Assembly: GCA_031400935.1 (NCBI GenBank)
Contig: JANNQV010000018.1
Span: forward strand, 1-64,000
From: Armatimonadota bacterium
Lineage (GTDB): Bacteria; Armatimonadota; Fimbriimonadia; Fimbriimonadales; Fimbriimonadaceae
Length of the DNA stretch: 64,000 bases
Direction of reading: 5' to 3'
Shown: one piece after another, positions 31,431 through 42,096 of the stretch
Layout of the letters: each line of letters opens with the position of its first letter
Position numbering within the stretch: the stretch's first letter is position 1
Translations under genes and position numbers: made by a program
Notes under the pieces: model-generated
What the model was told of the DNA's origin: nothing
Database searches by the model: none
What the model saw: only the letters and a program-made list of their open reading frames with translations

Positions 31431-31444
31431 ATGACCCCGGTCAT
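31431..31444. promoter_or_regulatory. Crp/Fnr-type operator ATGAC-cccg-GTCAT
   Basis: Perfect palindrome centred 42.5 nt before the narK ATG at 31480. Confidence 0.75.
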
Positions 31445-31479
31445 AGTGACAACCACTCCATGGTTGTCATCATTAGAGT

Positions 31480-32988
31480 ATGAGCGAAAGAGCAACCTCA
31501 AATCGCGTTCTCTTTATGAACACTCTCGCCTTCACAGTCTGCTTTGCAGTTTGGACCATGTACGGCGTTTTGATCACTTTTTTGGTTGACAATCGCTACC
31601 TGATCGCCGACAAAGCGCAATTGGGGTGGCTCATTGGAATTCCGATTCTGACGGGCTCAATTGTCCGTCTCCCCGTCGGATTGATGACTGACCGGTATGG
31701 AGGAAAGCCTGTCTATCTTTCGGTAATGGTGTTCGCTGCGCTTTCGCTCTTCGTGACGAGCCAAGTTTCTACGTTTGCCGGATTTATTGTTGGGGGCCTG
31801 CTCTTCGGAGTAAGCGGCTCTGCATTTGCCGTTGGAATTGCCTACTCTTCTATGTTCTTTCCCAAAGAAAGGCAAGGTACAGCCCTAGGAATTTTTGGTA
31901 TGGGAAATGCCGGAGCGGCAGTAACAACACTAGCTGCACCGACCATGCTGAAAAACTTCACGAACGGCGGCGAGAACATAGAAGGCTGGCGAATGCTTCC
32001 GATCGTTTACGGAATCGCTCTCCTCGTGATGACGGCACTCTTCGCGATATTCACAGTCAATCGAAAAGTAGATGAAGCTGGGCAAAAGACGATCGGACAG
32101 ATGCTAACTCCTCTCGGCGATGTGCGAGTTTGGCGATTTGGCCTTTACTATTTCTTGGTGTTCGGCGCTTTTGTGGCGCTTGCACAATGGCTGGTGCCCT
32201 ACTACCTAAATGTCTATGGAATGAGCCTGGCCATGGCTGGTTTGCTGGCTTCTGTATTTTCGCTGCCGTCAGGAGTGATTCGTGCATTGGGCGGCTGGGC
32301 GAGCGACAAGTTTGGAGCACGGTCCACGATGTATTGGGTGCTTTCGTTTTGCGCAATATGCTTCTTCTTGCTCATCGCCCCGCGAATGGACATCCGCTCG
32401 CCGGGCGAAGGCGTAATGGCCGATCGGGCTGGCAAAGTGGCCTCGGTAGAACAGAATCAAGTGGTCGTTGATTCCTCTTTAGTGAACCAAGAGACGATAA
32501 AGGTCGCCGACCTCAAGACTTACAAGCTGAAAACCGAAGTCGCACTCGACCCCAATTTGCTGGAAGAAGGCGTTCTCGTTTGGCCGACGTTCCGTTCTTG
32601 GCAAGAGCCCGCCGTCAAGCCGGGGCAAGTAGTCAAGAAAAAAGAACTTCTTGCTAAAGGCGTGACTCACGTGTATTTTCAAGCCAACGTCTGGGTGTTC
32701 ACCGGGCTAGTTTTTGTTGCTGGAATCATGATGGGAATCGGCAAAGCGGCTGTTTACAAACACATTCCCGAATACTTCCCGAAAGACGTGGGAGTTGTCG
32801 GCGGAATTGTTGGCGTTATTGGTGGACTAGGCGGCTTCTTCTGTCCGATCCTGTTCGGATATCTGCTGAAGCTCACCGGCCTCTGGACGTCGTGCTGGCT
32901 GTTCCTTGGACTGCTGAGTATCGGGTGCTTAATCTGGATGCACTTAGTGATTTTGAGGATGACAAAAGACATGACACCCGAGAAGTGA
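31480..32988 (+). CDS. narK: NarK-family nitrate/nitrite MFS transporter with a ~100-aa soluble insertion
   Basis: GSIVRLPVG, GTALGIFGMGNAG, YFLVFGAFV, RALGGWASD and GIGKAAVYK motifs. Confidence 0.9.
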   Translation: MSERATSNRVLFMNTLAFTVCFAVWTMYGVLITFLVDNRYLIADKAQLGWLIGIPILTGSIVRLPVGLMTDRYGGKPVYLSVMVFAALSLFVTSQVSTFAGFIVGGLLFGVSGSAFAVGIAYSSMFFPKERQGTALGIFGMGNAGAAVTTLAAPTMLKNFTNGGENIEGWRMLPIVYGIALLVMTALFAIFTVNRKVDEAGQKTIGQMLTPLGDVRVWRFGLYYFLVFGAFVALAQWLVPYYLNVYGMSLAMAGLLASVFSLPSGVIRALGGWASDKFGARSTMYWVLSFCAICFFLLIAPRMDIRSPGEGVMADRAGKVASVEQNQVVVDSSLVNQETIKVADLKTYKLKTEVALDPNLLEEGVLVWPTFRSWQEPAVKPGQVVKKKELLAKGVTHVYFQANVWVFTGLVFVAGIMMGIGKAAVYKHIPEYFPKDVGVVGGIVGVIGGLGGFFCPILFGYLLKLTGLWTSCWLFLGLLSIGCLIWMHLVILRMTKDMTPEK

Positions 32989-33046
32989 ACCTACGACACG
33001 AAGCTTTGATGATCGTGCCGTATGACAGGGTAGTCTGAACGCAACA

Positions 33047-34081
33047 ATGGGAAAACTTGGGAGAGCGCAATCAATCTCCACATGTGCCGCGCTTGGCGTA
33101 GCTTTCCTAATTATGGCTGGCATCTATTTTGGTTCTGGCGCCCTGACTCGATTTGATACGCCATTGGCGGCTTATGCCGCAGCCACAGTTTTCGCCGGAT
33201 TTGCAATTACTTACCGGTACACGATGTGGATTCAACGTCCGCCTACTTGGCACTATTTCAAAGCAGGTTGGAGGCTCTTTCTTCGGCCCAAGCATCTATT
33301 CCCAAATATGCTCAAACTGGCAGGGCTACTTTGGAACCAGATCGTTGCTCAAAGATTTATTGAACGAAGGAGCAGGCAACGATGGGCAGCGCACATGTGT
33401 TTAGCTTGGGGATGCCTGATTGCCTTTGCCATAACTTTTCCGCTGAGCTGGGGTTGGGTGCAATTTGGCATAGCCGAAAACGGGCGCGACTACGTGGTTG
33501 AGTTCATGGGGATTCCGCAAATCGCATTCCCGCCAGATGGTGTGCTGGCGTTTTTCATGTTCAATGGACTTAACATTAGTGCGGTAATGGTTCTCACCGG
33601 TGTGGCACTTGCAATGCACAGAAGGCTTTTCGATCGTGGATCTCAGGCCGTTCAAACTCTTGCGAATGACCTCATTCCCTTGTTTCTGCTTTTCGCGGTG
33701 TCTGTCACGGGACTAATGATAACGGCAAGTTACAAGCTGATGGGAGGAGAGAACTATTCGTTTCTTTCGCTATTGCACGCATTCACGGTTGTGATTTTGC
33801 TACTTTGGCTTCCCTTTGGCAAGCTTTTCCACGTCATCCAGCGGCCAGCTCAATTGGGTGTTGCCTACTATAAGGAAGAAGGAGCAAGGACAGAGCAAGC
33901 GCACTGCGTACGAACCAGGGAAGGGTATATGAGCAAGATGCATCACGACGACCTTGTGCTTGTTATGCGTCAGTTAGGAATAGACTTTGGGGAGCATCAA
34001 GACCTATCGCCAGCAGCAAAGCGGAACCTAATCGCTTTGAACCAAGCTACACTTATCGAAGGCCAGCCTTTTGTGGGCTGA
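33047..34081 (+). CDS. NarI-like heme b membrane subunit, probably serving the adjacent Nas-like module
   Basis: Multi-TM protein with WAAH and H-x17-H (LLH...PFGKLFH), the same spacing as NarI H187/H205. Confidence 0.7.
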   Translation: MGKLGRAQSISTCAALGVAFLIMAGIYFGSGALTRFDTPLAAYAAATVFAGFAITYRYTMWIQRPPTWHYFKAGWRLFLRPKHLFPNMLKLAGLLWNQIVAQRFIERRSRQRWAAHMCLAWGCLIAFAITFPLSWGWVQFGIAENGRDYVVEFMGIPQIAFPPDGVLAFFMFNGLNISAVMVLTGVALAMHRRLFDRGSQAVQTLANDLIPLFLLFAVSVTGLMITASYKLMGGENYSFLSLLHAFTVVILLLWLPFGKLFHVIQRPAQLGVAYYKEEGARTEQAHCVRTREGYMSKMHHDDLVLVMRQLGIDFGEHQDLSPAAKRNLIALNQATLIEGQPFVG

Positions 34082-34125
34082 TTGAGGCTCATAACACTAT
34101 CCCTCAGATAAAGTCGCAACGGTAA

Positions 34126-34353
34126 CTACCCCTTGCGCATTCGGGTGATGCCTCGCAGCATCCAAAAATTTACGCCGAACAAGGCGATGCTTGCGATCGC
34201 AGCAGGTAGAGCCATCTCGGAACGGCCCCCGATTAGGCCCTCCAACACGCTCACGAAGAGCCAGAGCTGCAGGAGGATCAACACTAGGTTGAACAGCAAA
34301 AGTGCAACGATGACCGTACCATGCTGCCGTCGAATAGTATCGCTAGGCTTCAT
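34126..34353 (-). CDS. Small two-TM membrane protein (DUF6755-like)
   Basis: 75 aa with LLQLWLF and two hydrophobic helices; ATGA overlap with the Rieske gene. Confidence 0.7.
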   Translation of the reverse strand: MKPSDTIRRQHGTVIVALLLFNLVLILLQLWLFVSVLEGLIGGRSEMALPAAIASIALFGVNFWMLRGITRMRKG

Positions 34354-34850
34354 TCAATAACCTCGCTTCGTTTAACACCGACAGCCCACAATTCGCCGCC
34401 TCGTTCTTCGATCAGAATCTGAGGCAGCGGATGCGGAGGCGGCCCTTGTAGAACTCTGCCATCCTTCACTGAAAAGGCTCCATTGTGGCAAGGACAATAC
34501 AATCTGTCCTTGTCAGGCTGGTAGTCAACTGGACATGAGAGATGCGTGCACCTGCGGGAGAAAGCGGCCACCGTACCATCCGAATGGCGAACCAGAATAC
34601 ATAGGTCGTTTTTTCTGGGATAAGTAAAAGCAAGTGAGGAGCCTGGAATAACATCCTCTAGCCTCGTAATACGCATCGGCTCGAAGTGTCGCTCATCCCG
34701 ACTCATTTGCGACCAAGCCGCAAGGCCAACCGATCCGATTGCGAGGCCGCCACTGGCCAACGTCATGAACTTGAAAAATTCTCTGCGGGAAACGAAGCCG
34801 TCTTCCTCCCAATCAATAGGAAAATCTTCGATTAGCTTCTCGTCCATCAT
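34350..34850 (-). CDS. Tat-signal Rieske [2Fe-2S] protein
   Basis: SRREFFK followed by a TM segment; CTHLSC and CPCHNG; GPPPHPL. Confidence 0.9.
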   Translation of the reverse strand: MMDEKLIEDFPIDWEEDGFVSRREFFKFMTLASGGLAIGSVGLAAWSQMSRDERHFEPMRITRLEDVIPGSSLAFTYPRKNDLCILVRHSDGTVAAFSRRCTHLSCPVDYQPDKDRLYCPCHNGAFSVKDGRVLQGPPPHPLPQILIEERGGELWAVGVKRSEVIE

Positions 34851-35446
34851 GATAACCTCGAAACTTGCAAAAGATCGCTTTTTCGAATGAGTACTTCCTG
34901 TTTGACTTCCAGTTTTTGAGTTCCGGCAGGCATCATTAGGTTCACCCTTGTCTTGATCGTTCTGACACCGAATACGAACTCGTTGATCGGGGTTCCACTA
35001 CGTTGAGCCGCTATCTCCTCTGGTGTGCAGTACATGAGTGCTTGCGAAGGGCAAACGGTCGCGCACATTGGCTTTTTGCCTACTGATGTGCGGTCGTAAC
35101 ACATATCGCATTTCATCATCTGGTCAATCTCAACGTCGTACTTTGGTACCCCGAATGGGCAAGCGTAAACGCAGTTTGTGCATCCGATGCAACGAGGCTT
35201 CAGCGACGTCTGGACGACACCGTCGGGCGTACGCTTTATTGCGTCGGCTGGGCAGACCATCGCGCATGCAGGTTCTTCACAATGCATGCAGATTACCGGC
35301 GTGGTTTGAACGCTTTCACCCCGCTGGATGGTCTCGAGATGAATCATCGAGACTCCGGCATGCGTGTCGCATTCTGCACAGGCGGCCACACAGGCGTTGC
35401 AACCAATACACCTGCTCGGGTCAATGTAAAACTGCCTCTCGCTCAA
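34847..35446 (-). CDS. 4Fe-4S dicluster electron-transfer subunit (DmsB/FdhB-like)
   Basis: [28 protein letters not shown] and KCDMC motifs. Confidence 0.92.
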   Translation of the reverse strand: MSERQFYIDPSRCIGCNACVAACAECDTHAGVSMIHLETIQRGESVQTTPVICMHCEEPACAMVCPADAIKRTPDGVVQTSLKPRCIGCTNCVYACPFGVPKYDVEIDQMMKCDMCYDRTSVGKKPMCATVCPSQALMYCTPEEIAAQRSGTPINEFVFGVRTIKTRVNLMMPAGTQKLEVKQEVLIRKSDLLQVSRLS

Positions 35447-35793
35447 GCGCTTGTACCTCCAACAGGTGGGCGCACCATGTTTGGCATCAACCCCCTTCGA
35501 CGCTTATGGATGTTAACATAAGTTAACTCTCCCTGCGATGCATGAATGCTGCGATGGCAGCCCTTTGGAAGCACGACAATTGACCCAACACAAAGGGTAG
35601 TTGACTGGCCGTCAACTGTGATTTCGCCCTCTCCGCCAATAACAACCATGATGACGTCCACTTCATCGTTCTGATGATTTCCTACACCCGAACCATCGGT
35701 CCATCGCACCAATGTGGCATTCAAGTCTTCCGTTTCGGTACCCCAAAGAGCACCGTCTGCGCCATCCATGCTTAACGCTTCAACTGCGATCAT
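35443..35793 (-). CDS. Cupin-domain protein
   Basis: HQNDEVD...GEGEITVDG...LPKGCHRS; overlaps both neighbouring genes by 4 bp. Confidence 0.8.
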   Translation of the reverse strand: MIAVEALSMDGADGALWGTETEDLNATLVRWTDGSGVGNHQNDEVDVIMVVIGGEGEITVDGQSTTLCVGSIVVLPKGCHRSIHASQGELTYVNIHKRRRGLMPNMVRPPVGGTSA

Positions 35794-37982
35794 GCAATGG
35801 CCTCCTGATCAGCAGATGAACTGATTCGGACAACCGACTTTTTGTATTCAGGAATCTTGCTCAGCGGGTCGAGTGCGCGGTTCGTGAGGTTGTTCGCAGA
35901 CCGTTTGCCGGGCCAATGGTAAGGGATGAAGATGGTGTCGGGGCGTATCGTAGAAACCACTTTTGCGCGAAGTACAACCTCGCCGCGGCGACTCTCAACC
36001 TTCATCCAACTGCCGTCTTCAATACCGTAATCGGCCGCAAGCGTCGGATGAATTTCAACATACGGCTCAGGGCACATGTCAACCAAACCGCCGATACGAC
36101 GTGTTTGTGTACCGCTAAGATACTGCGAAACGACGCGGCCAGTTGTGAGAATTATGGGATATTCTTCGTCTGGCTCTTCTGCGCTGAGGCGATAAGCCGT
36201 GGGGTGAAAGTGCGCTTTGCCGTCCGGGGTATGAAACTTCATTGTCTCGAACAGTCGCGGAGTGCCAGGGTGGCCGATCTCGGGGCAAGGCCAAAATACG
36301 CCCATCTCGTCCTCGATCCTTTGATAGGTAATCCCGAAATAGTCTGCAGTTCCGCCCTTGCTCGCAATTCGCAACTCGTTGAAAATGTCCTCGCTGGTCT
36401 TAAAGTGATCGAAATACTTGCCCCTGCCAAGCCGCCGGGCGAGTTCGAGAATGATCTCTGTGTCGGCTTTTGCTTCTCCTGGTGGATCAACTGCCTTTCG
36501 AATCCGAATCACACGGCCCTCTGCACTTGTGCTTGTGCCTTCCTCTTCTTCGTGCAATGAGCCAGCGAGCACGATATCTGCGTGGTGGGCGGTCTCATTT
36601 AGAAAGAAATCTATTGCAGAATAGTGCTCGAGTCTGCCAAGTGCGTCCCTCGTGAAGTTAGAATCCGGCAACGAAACCAGTGGGTTGAAGCAAATCGAAA
36701 CGAGTGCTTTGATCGTGCCCTCATGGATCATGTTCATGATCTCTTGAGCGGTGTGTCCCTTTCCGGGCATCTCGCTCTCTTCGATTCCCCAAACAGAGGC
36801 TATGTACGCACGATGCTCCGGATTCTCGATGTCGCGATTACCCGGAAGCTGGTCGCATTTGTGGCCATGTTCTCGACCGCCCTGTCCATTCCCTTGGCCG
36901 GTAATCGTGCCGTATCCGCAACCGGGCTTCCCGAGTCTTCCGGTAGCGAGGACGAGGTTGATGCAGCCGAGCACATTGTCCACACCTTTGGTATGGTGCT
37001 CAATCCCTCGCGCATGTAACAGAAAGCTCGTCTTGGCTTCGCCCCACATTCGGCCCGCCTTCTGGATGTCCTCGACTCTGACGCCGCTAATCCTGGAGGC
37101 CTCCTCCAAGGATTGAGCAAGCGCGCTGGCCCTCGTCTCTTCCCAACCGCTCGTGTGCTCTTGGATGAATGCCTCATTCACAAACCCATCTTCGATCAGG
37201 ACACGCAATATCCCAGTTAACAGAGCACTGTCTGTCCCTGGCCTTACCGGCAAATGCAGATCGCATGTCCGCGCTAGGGGTGTAACGCGAGGATCAATCA
37301 TGATCAGCTTTGCACCACGATCCCTCGCCCGCCAGATATAGTCGGTCGTGATCGGAGAGCACTCCGCTACATTTGTTCCGGCGCAAAGAATTACATCCGC
37401 AAGGACAATGTCGTCCCAAGAATTCGCCGCGCGATCTATGCCAAACGCCTTTTTGTTGCCAGTCCCAGCGCTCACCATGCAAAGTCGCCCGTTGTAGTCT
37501 AATTCTTGTGTTTGCAGAGCAACGCGGGCGAACTTGCCCATGAGGTAGCTCTTTTCGTTCGTCAAGGAGACGCCTGAAAGCACTGCGACGGCATTCTTGC
37601 CGTATTTTTCCTGAACACGCTGAATCTCTCGAACTGTAGTGGAGAAAGCTTCCTCCCATGAAATCGCTTCAAAACCCTTTCCTTCAACCCTTTTCAAAGG
37701 AGAGGTCAGGCGATCTGGGTGGTTGCCTTGCATGTATCGCTTCACGCCCTTTGGGCAAAGCTTGCCTCTGTTGAACGGAAACTCCTCCCAAGGCTCAAAG
37801 CCGATGACCTTGTTCTCTCTAACTTTTAGTTGGATCCCGCATTGTTGGCCGCAAAAACAGCAGTGGGTTTTAACTAGTTTGTCCGGTTCGCCGCGTCCTT
37901 TCCATCCGCCCGGTGGAGTGTCATTTAGGTGAGGGCCAAAGGAGTCTATGAGTTTTTCGACGGCTACCGGTGGTCTCGCCAT
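35790..37982 (-). CDS. Mo-bisPGD oxidoreductase, Nas/Nap/Fdh clade (probable nitrate reductase catalytic subunit)
   Basis: CCFCGQQC...[14 protein letters not shown] (Cys ligand, compare Nas/Nap RLCM); [10 protein letters not shown]; no Tat signal. Confidence 0.85.
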   Translation of the reverse strand: MARPPVAVEKLIDSFGPHLNDTPPGGWKGRGEPDKLVKTHCCFCGQQCGIQLKVRENKVIGFEPWEEFPFNRGKLCPKGVKRYMQGNHPDRLTSPLKRVEGKGFEAISWEEAFSTTVREIQRVQEKYGKNAVAVLSGVSLTNEKSYLMGKFARVALQTQELDYNGRLCMVSAGTGNKKAFGIDRAANSWDDIVLADVILCAGTNVAECSPITTDYIWRARDRGAKLIMIDPRVTPLARTCDLHLPVRPGTDSALLTGILRVLIEDGFVNEAFIQEHTSGWEETRASALAQSLEEASRISGVRVEDIQKAGRMWGEAKTSFLLHARGIEHHTKGVDNVLGCINLVLATGRLGKPGCGYGTITGQGNGQGGREHGHKCDQLPGNRDIENPEHRAYIASVWGIEESEMPGKGHTAQEIMNMIHEGTIKALVSICFNPLVSLPDSNFTRDALGRLEHYSAIDFFLNETAHHADIVLAGSLHEEEEGTSTSAEGRVIRIRKAVDPPGEAKADTEIILELARRLGRGKYFDHFKTSEDIFNELRIASKGGTADYFGITYQRIEDEMGVFWPCPEIGHPGTPRLFETMKFHTPDGKAHFHPTAYRLSAEEPDEEYPIILTTGRVVSQYLSGTQTRRIGGLVDMCPEPYVEIHPTLAADYGIEDGSWMKVESRRGEVVLRAKVVSTIRPDTIFIPYHWPGKRSANNLTNRALDPLSKIPEYKKSVVRISSSADQEAIA

Positions 37983-38162
37983 AATCTTTTCCAGAGTATA
38001 CGCCAAAGTGAGTTTTCACCAAAAGGCGATCTGAATTGTTCGAGCGATGTTGGGTATTGGTCTGAATGCACCTACTGAGTTTTTTGATCCCAACAGACAT
38101 GACACCGGCAGAGAGACCGGCAATGTGCAATGGCCGACATCAACAATGCTCGCTCCGCCCCC

Positions 38163-39557
38163 TCACCCCAAAAGAACATCAATCACGTCATCAGCGGAAT
38201 ACGATTCTGCCCCAGGCTTCAAATACCGAGACACATTAACCAAATCATCTCCGGCAGTAATCAGCGGAGGTTCATGAATGCCATTTCGAACCTGCCCGAG
38301 ACCGATTGTTGCAGTCAAACCGTTGCAAACGCACTTCCTGCCCGCAGTCGCTGCCAAATCGCCCCCTTTGCTAATGTAGTCCTCGATTGGTTCTGCTGGA
38401 CAACGGTAGCCGATTCCCCCATCGGGCTTTTGGTACAAAGTGCGTAGATAGCCAAGATCGCAAATCCGCTCTCTGTTTTCGGTAACACTCGGATCAGAAA
38501 CTGATCCCGGAAAATCAACAACTTTGAATGGAAATCCTGTGGGGGACGCACTTGGGTCTGTAAACACATTTGCCACTCCAGCAAGACTTCGCCGAATCAC
38601 CTCCGCCTTTATTTGGGGACAAAGACCTGACTCATTGCAAAAAGCGAATCCTGTGCCGACCTGAATCCCCTCCGCGCCAACTGCAAGAGCTTCCTCGAGC
38701 CGTTCATGAGTTCCGTAGGAGCCTGCAATCCAAAACGGAAGCCCCAATTCGCGAAACTTTTCAAATTCGGGCATGTCCCGTTCGCCATAAAGTGGTTCGC
38801 CTTGCTCGTTAAGTTGAAGTGCACCACGAGGCGGAGCATTGTGACCTCCAGCAGTAAAACCCTCGACGACAAAGCCATCGGCAGGCGGATCGCACTTTCT
38901 CGCCAGAATTTGAGCCAACGACGCCGACGAAACAATGGCGAAAAACTTGGGTCGCTTCAATTTCTGGCCCCAGAACACAGACGGATCAAAGCGCGTTGCG
39001 ACCGGGTCGCCGCCCGCAACATCAACCTTGATTTCGGCGGGTTCACCATCCGCAAATTTGTCGAGAATTCCCGGAATCGCCCTCGGAATTCCTGCGCCCA
39101 TCAGCACCACATCCACGTCTGCAAGCATCGCGCCGTAAAGTGAGGGCAAAGTTCCAAGCTGGATTTTCTCGAGCAAATTTATCCCGACAATCCCTTTATG
39201 CCCTTGCTTGGCGAGCCAAGTTTCAACGAAATTTGCAACAATTGTCAGTTCTAAAAACGCTTTGCCAGGATTAATTGTCGGGACGGGTTTTGACTTAAAA
39301 GGTGCGTCTTCAGCTTTTCCGCCGGGTACAAAATAGCGTTCCCAGACCCGCATCGCCATTGCTTTGACTGGGAAGTGGGCAAGAGCTTCGGCCATGTGAC
39401 CGCCGATGTCGCCTAATTGAAGCCTTCGCGCAAAAACCGTATCAAGCGCAGTGCCGCTAATCACCCCCACTTGACCTCTCAAAGAGACGGCTCGAGCTAA
39501 GGGCCATGAGGAAACGGCGACGCCCATGCCGCCTTGAATGATTTGTGGGTAAGTCAT
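38163..39557 (-). CDS. Nitronate monooxygenase-family FMN oxidoreductase
   Basis: IIQGGMG, MGAGIP, EGFTAGGH and QVGTGF motifs; C-terminal cysteines. Confidence 0.85.
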   Translation of the reverse strand: MTYPQIIQGGMGVAVSSWPLARAVSLRGQVGVISGTALDTVFARRLQLGDIGGHMAEALAHFPVKAMAMRVWERYFVPGGKAEDAPFKSKPVPTINPGKAFLELTIVANFVETWLAKQGHKGIVGINLLEKIQLGTLPSLYGAMLADVDVVLMGAGIPRAIPGILDKFADGEPAEIKVDVAGGDPVATRFDPSVFWGQKLKRPKFFAIVSSASLAQILARKCDPPADGFVVEGFTAGGHNAPPRGALQLNEQGEPLYGERDMPEFEKFRELGLPFWIAGSYGTHERLEEALAVGAEGIQVGTGFAFCNESGLCPQIKAEVIRRSLAGVANVFTDPSASPTGFPFKVVDFPGSVSDPSVTENRERICDLGYLRTLYQKPDGGIGYRCPAEPIEDYISKGGDLAATAGRKCVCNGLTATIGLGQVRNGIHEPPLITAGDDLVNVSRYLKPGAESYSADDVIDVLLG

Positions 39558-39677
39558 GTATTATTCCTTTGCTGGCAAAAGCGGTAAATGTGGTGCTACA
39601 GAGGTTCGTTAGCGCAAAACATTTCCTTGCCTCTTCAGCCTTTGATACAGTGTATAACTCCAGCAGTATTTCTTCCT

Positions 39678-39691
39678 ATGACAGCCGTCAT
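39678..39691. promoter_or_regulatory. Crp/Fnr-type operator ATGAC-agcc-GTCAT
   Basis: Perfect palindrome in a divergent intergenic region; a -10-like GAGAAT lies 23 nt after it. Confidence 0.75.
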
Positions 39692-39739
39692 AGTGCACGA
39701 GAATACTTTCGGCGAGAATGTAATTGGAGTCCATCCGAT

Positions 39740-41080
39740 ATGTCAACTGCAAACAACAAAGACACGATTGAAAACTGGCAACCAAACGAACCCGAATTTT
39801 GGGAATCTACGGCAAAACCGATCGCATGGAGGACTCTTTGGGTCACTACATTCTGCCTTTTGTTGAGTTTTGCGACCTGGTTCATGGTCAGTGCAATCGT
39901 TGTAAAGCTCACTGGAATTGGGTTCAAATTTGACAAATCGCAGCTATTTTGGCTCAACGCAATGCCTGGTCTGGCGGCTGGAACGTTGAGAATAGTTCAC
40001 ACATTTCTGATCCCGATTTACGGAACCCGAAAAGTCGTGGCAATCTCCACGCTTTTGCTCGCAATTCCGGCGATCGGATGGGGAATGGCTGTTTCTAACC
40101 CGGAAACCAGCTACAGCACGTTTATGATTCTCGCCTTCTTAGCGGGATTGGGCGGTGGTAATTTTAGCTCATTCATGCCCAGCACTTCATTGTTCTTTCC
40201 AAAGAAACTGCAAGGCACAGCGCTTGGGATTCAGGCTGGAATCGGCAACTTTGGCGTCTCCGTTGCCCAGTTCATGATCCCCGTTGTAATTGGCATGTCA
40301 ATGGTTGGCTCCAGCCAGCACTTCGTTGACAAGAAGGGCGACAAGATCGTCAAAGAAGCCGACATCTTCCTTCAGAACGCCGCATTCATATGGGTTCCCT
40401 TTATTATATTGGGAGCGTTGGCGGCATGGTTCTGGCTCAAAAGCGTTCCGGTCCAAGCAAATTTCAAAGAGCAACTTGATATCTTCAAGGAAAAGCACAC
40501 TTGGCTGATGACAAGCCTCTATATCGCAACATTTGGCTCATTCAGCGGATTTGCAGCCGTCTTCCCATTGCTGATAAAGGAAACTTACGGCAAGTTTCCA
40601 GACGGGCCAGATGCGCTGAAATTTGCCTTTCTTGGGCCACTCGTAGGGGCATTGGTTCGTGTTCTCGCAGGGCCCTTTGCCGACAAGTTCGGCGGGGCAA
40701 GAGTGACAACAGTGAGTTTGATCGGCATGTTCGGATTTGCGATTGCTGTCACGCAATTTACGCACCCGACCGACCTTTCGACCTGGGGCGGATTCTTGTG
40801 GTGCATGTTAGGGCTCTTCTTCTTTAGCGGAATCGGTAACGCGAGCACCTTCAAGCAAATGCCAATGATCTTCCCTCCGCGCCAAGCAGGTGGCGTAATT
40901 GGTTGGACGGCCGCCATTGCAGCATACGGGCCGTTTGTGTTCTCCGTGTGCTTCGGAGCGATCATCGCTCGAACAGGCAATGGAACGGCGTTCTTCTACT
41001 GCGCGGCAGTATTTTATGCAATCAACTTTTTCATTAACTATTGGTACTACGACCGAAAGAATGCGGAGAAGCCGTGCTAA
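39740..41080 (+). CDS. narK: NarK2-type nitrate/nitrite transporter
   Basis: WQPNEPEFW, AGLGGGNFSS, GIGNFGVS, FGSFSGF, GIGNASTF and AIAAYG motifs; GGAG RBS before ATG 39740. Confidence 0.92.
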   Translation: MSTANNKDTIENWQPNEPEFWESTAKPIAWRTLWVTTFCLLLSFATWFMVSAIVVKLTGIGFKFDKSQLFWLNAMPGLAAGTLRIVHTFLIPIYGTRKVVAISTLLLAIPAIGWGMAVSNPETSYSTFMILAFLAGLGGGNFSSFMPSTSLFFPKKLQGTALGIQAGIGNFGVSVAQFMIPVVIGMSMVGSSQHFVDKKGDKIVKEADIFLQNAAFIWVPFIILGALAAWFWLKSVPVQANFKEQLDIFKEKHTWLMTSLYIATFGSFSGFAAVFPLLIKETYGKFPDGPDALKFAFLGPLVGALVRVLAGPFADKFGGARVTTVSLIGMFGFAIAVTQFTHPTDLSTWGGFLWCMLGLFFFSGIGNASTFKQMPMIFPPRQAGGVIGWTAAIAAYGPFVFSVCFGAIIARTGNGTAFFYCAAVFYAINFFINYWYYDRKNAEKPC

Positions 41081-42096
41081 GAATCGTTGATGAGGGAGGG
41101 CAGCAGTCGCCACATCTTCCTCCCGGCTTGTCGGAGACCCCGTTGGTCGAAATCGAAGGCATCTTTGTAAAACTAGAGTGCCTCAACTCGTGCGGAAGCG
41201 TGAAGGATCGCATTGCCGCCTATATCATTCGAGAAGCGACGAAGTGCGGCGATCTGAAACCGGGGCAACCCATCGTCGAAGCGACGAGCGGCAACACCGG
41301 CATCGCGTTTGCGAACTATGGACGACTTGCGGGGCATCCAGTGACGATTGTCATGCCCGAGCACATGACCGAAGAGCGAAAGGCGATCATTCGTGCGCTT
41401 GGAGCTGAACTAGTGCTGTGTTCTAAAGAAGGTTCCTTTGCTGAAGCGGCAGAGATTCGAGACCAAATTGCAGAAGAAACAGGTGCATTCAATCCTAACC
41501 AATTTGCAAATTTGCTTAACGTTGAATGTCATCAGTTGACAACGGGCGCCGAAATCGTTCGGCAAATGGCACACGCCGATGCGCCATTGGGGCAAGTAGC
41601 TTTCGTTGCAGGAGTTGGCACGGGCGGAACGTTGATTGGCGTGGGATCGGCGCTGAAGGACGCTTGGAACGATGTCAAAATCTTCGCTGTCGAGCCTGCG
41701 GAGGCTGCTGTAATGTCGGGCGGCCCGAATGGCCCTCACGGGATCGGCGGAATCGGAGACGGTTTCATCCCTGATCTTGCGAGCGATGGTGAGGGCGGCA
41801 TGCATCCAATCATTGATGGCGTCGAAGTGACCTCGACTGATGAGGCGATGGCAGTTGCACAGGAGCTGAGCGAACGGCACACCTTGTGTGTTGGTGTTTC
41901 GTCTGGAGCAAATTTCGCGGCTGCAAGGCGGCTCAAAGTGCGATTTGCGACTGTCATAACCGTTTTCGCAGATGGGCATCAGAAGTATCAAAGCGCAGGG
42001 CTTTCCAAGCCAGATCAGGCGCGATGTCCGTATAGCCGCATTTGTGAGCGAAGCACTCTGAGTCAGGTGATGGCTCAAATCAAAACTGAGGAGTAG
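41074..42096 (+). CDS. PLP-dependent cysteine synthase-family protein
   Basis: GSVKDRIA, EATSGNTG, GVGTGGT and GVSSGAN motifs; the GTG start overlaps the narK stop. Confidence 0.88.
   Translation: MLRIVDEGGQQSPHLPPGLSETPLVEIEGIFVKLECLNSCGSVKDRIAAYIIREATKCGDLKPGQPIVEATSGNTGIAFANYGRLAGHPVTIVMPEHMTEERKAIIRALGAELVLCSKEGSFAEAAEIRDQIAEETGAFNPNQFANLLNVECHQLTTGAEIVRQMAHADAPLGQVAFVAGVGTGGTLIGVGSALKDAWNDVKIFAVEPAEAAVMSGGPNGPHGIGGIGDGFIPDLASDGEGGMHPIIDGVEVTSTDEAMAVAQELSERHTLCVGVSSGANFAAARRLKVRFATVITVFADGHQKYQSAGLSKPDQARCPYSRICERSTLSQVMAQIKTEE

Noticed and set aside
38099..38112. Fifth operator upstream of the Nas-like operon (ATGAC-accg-GCAGA)
   Set aside because: Only one half-site matches and there is no convincing -10 element at the expected spacing.
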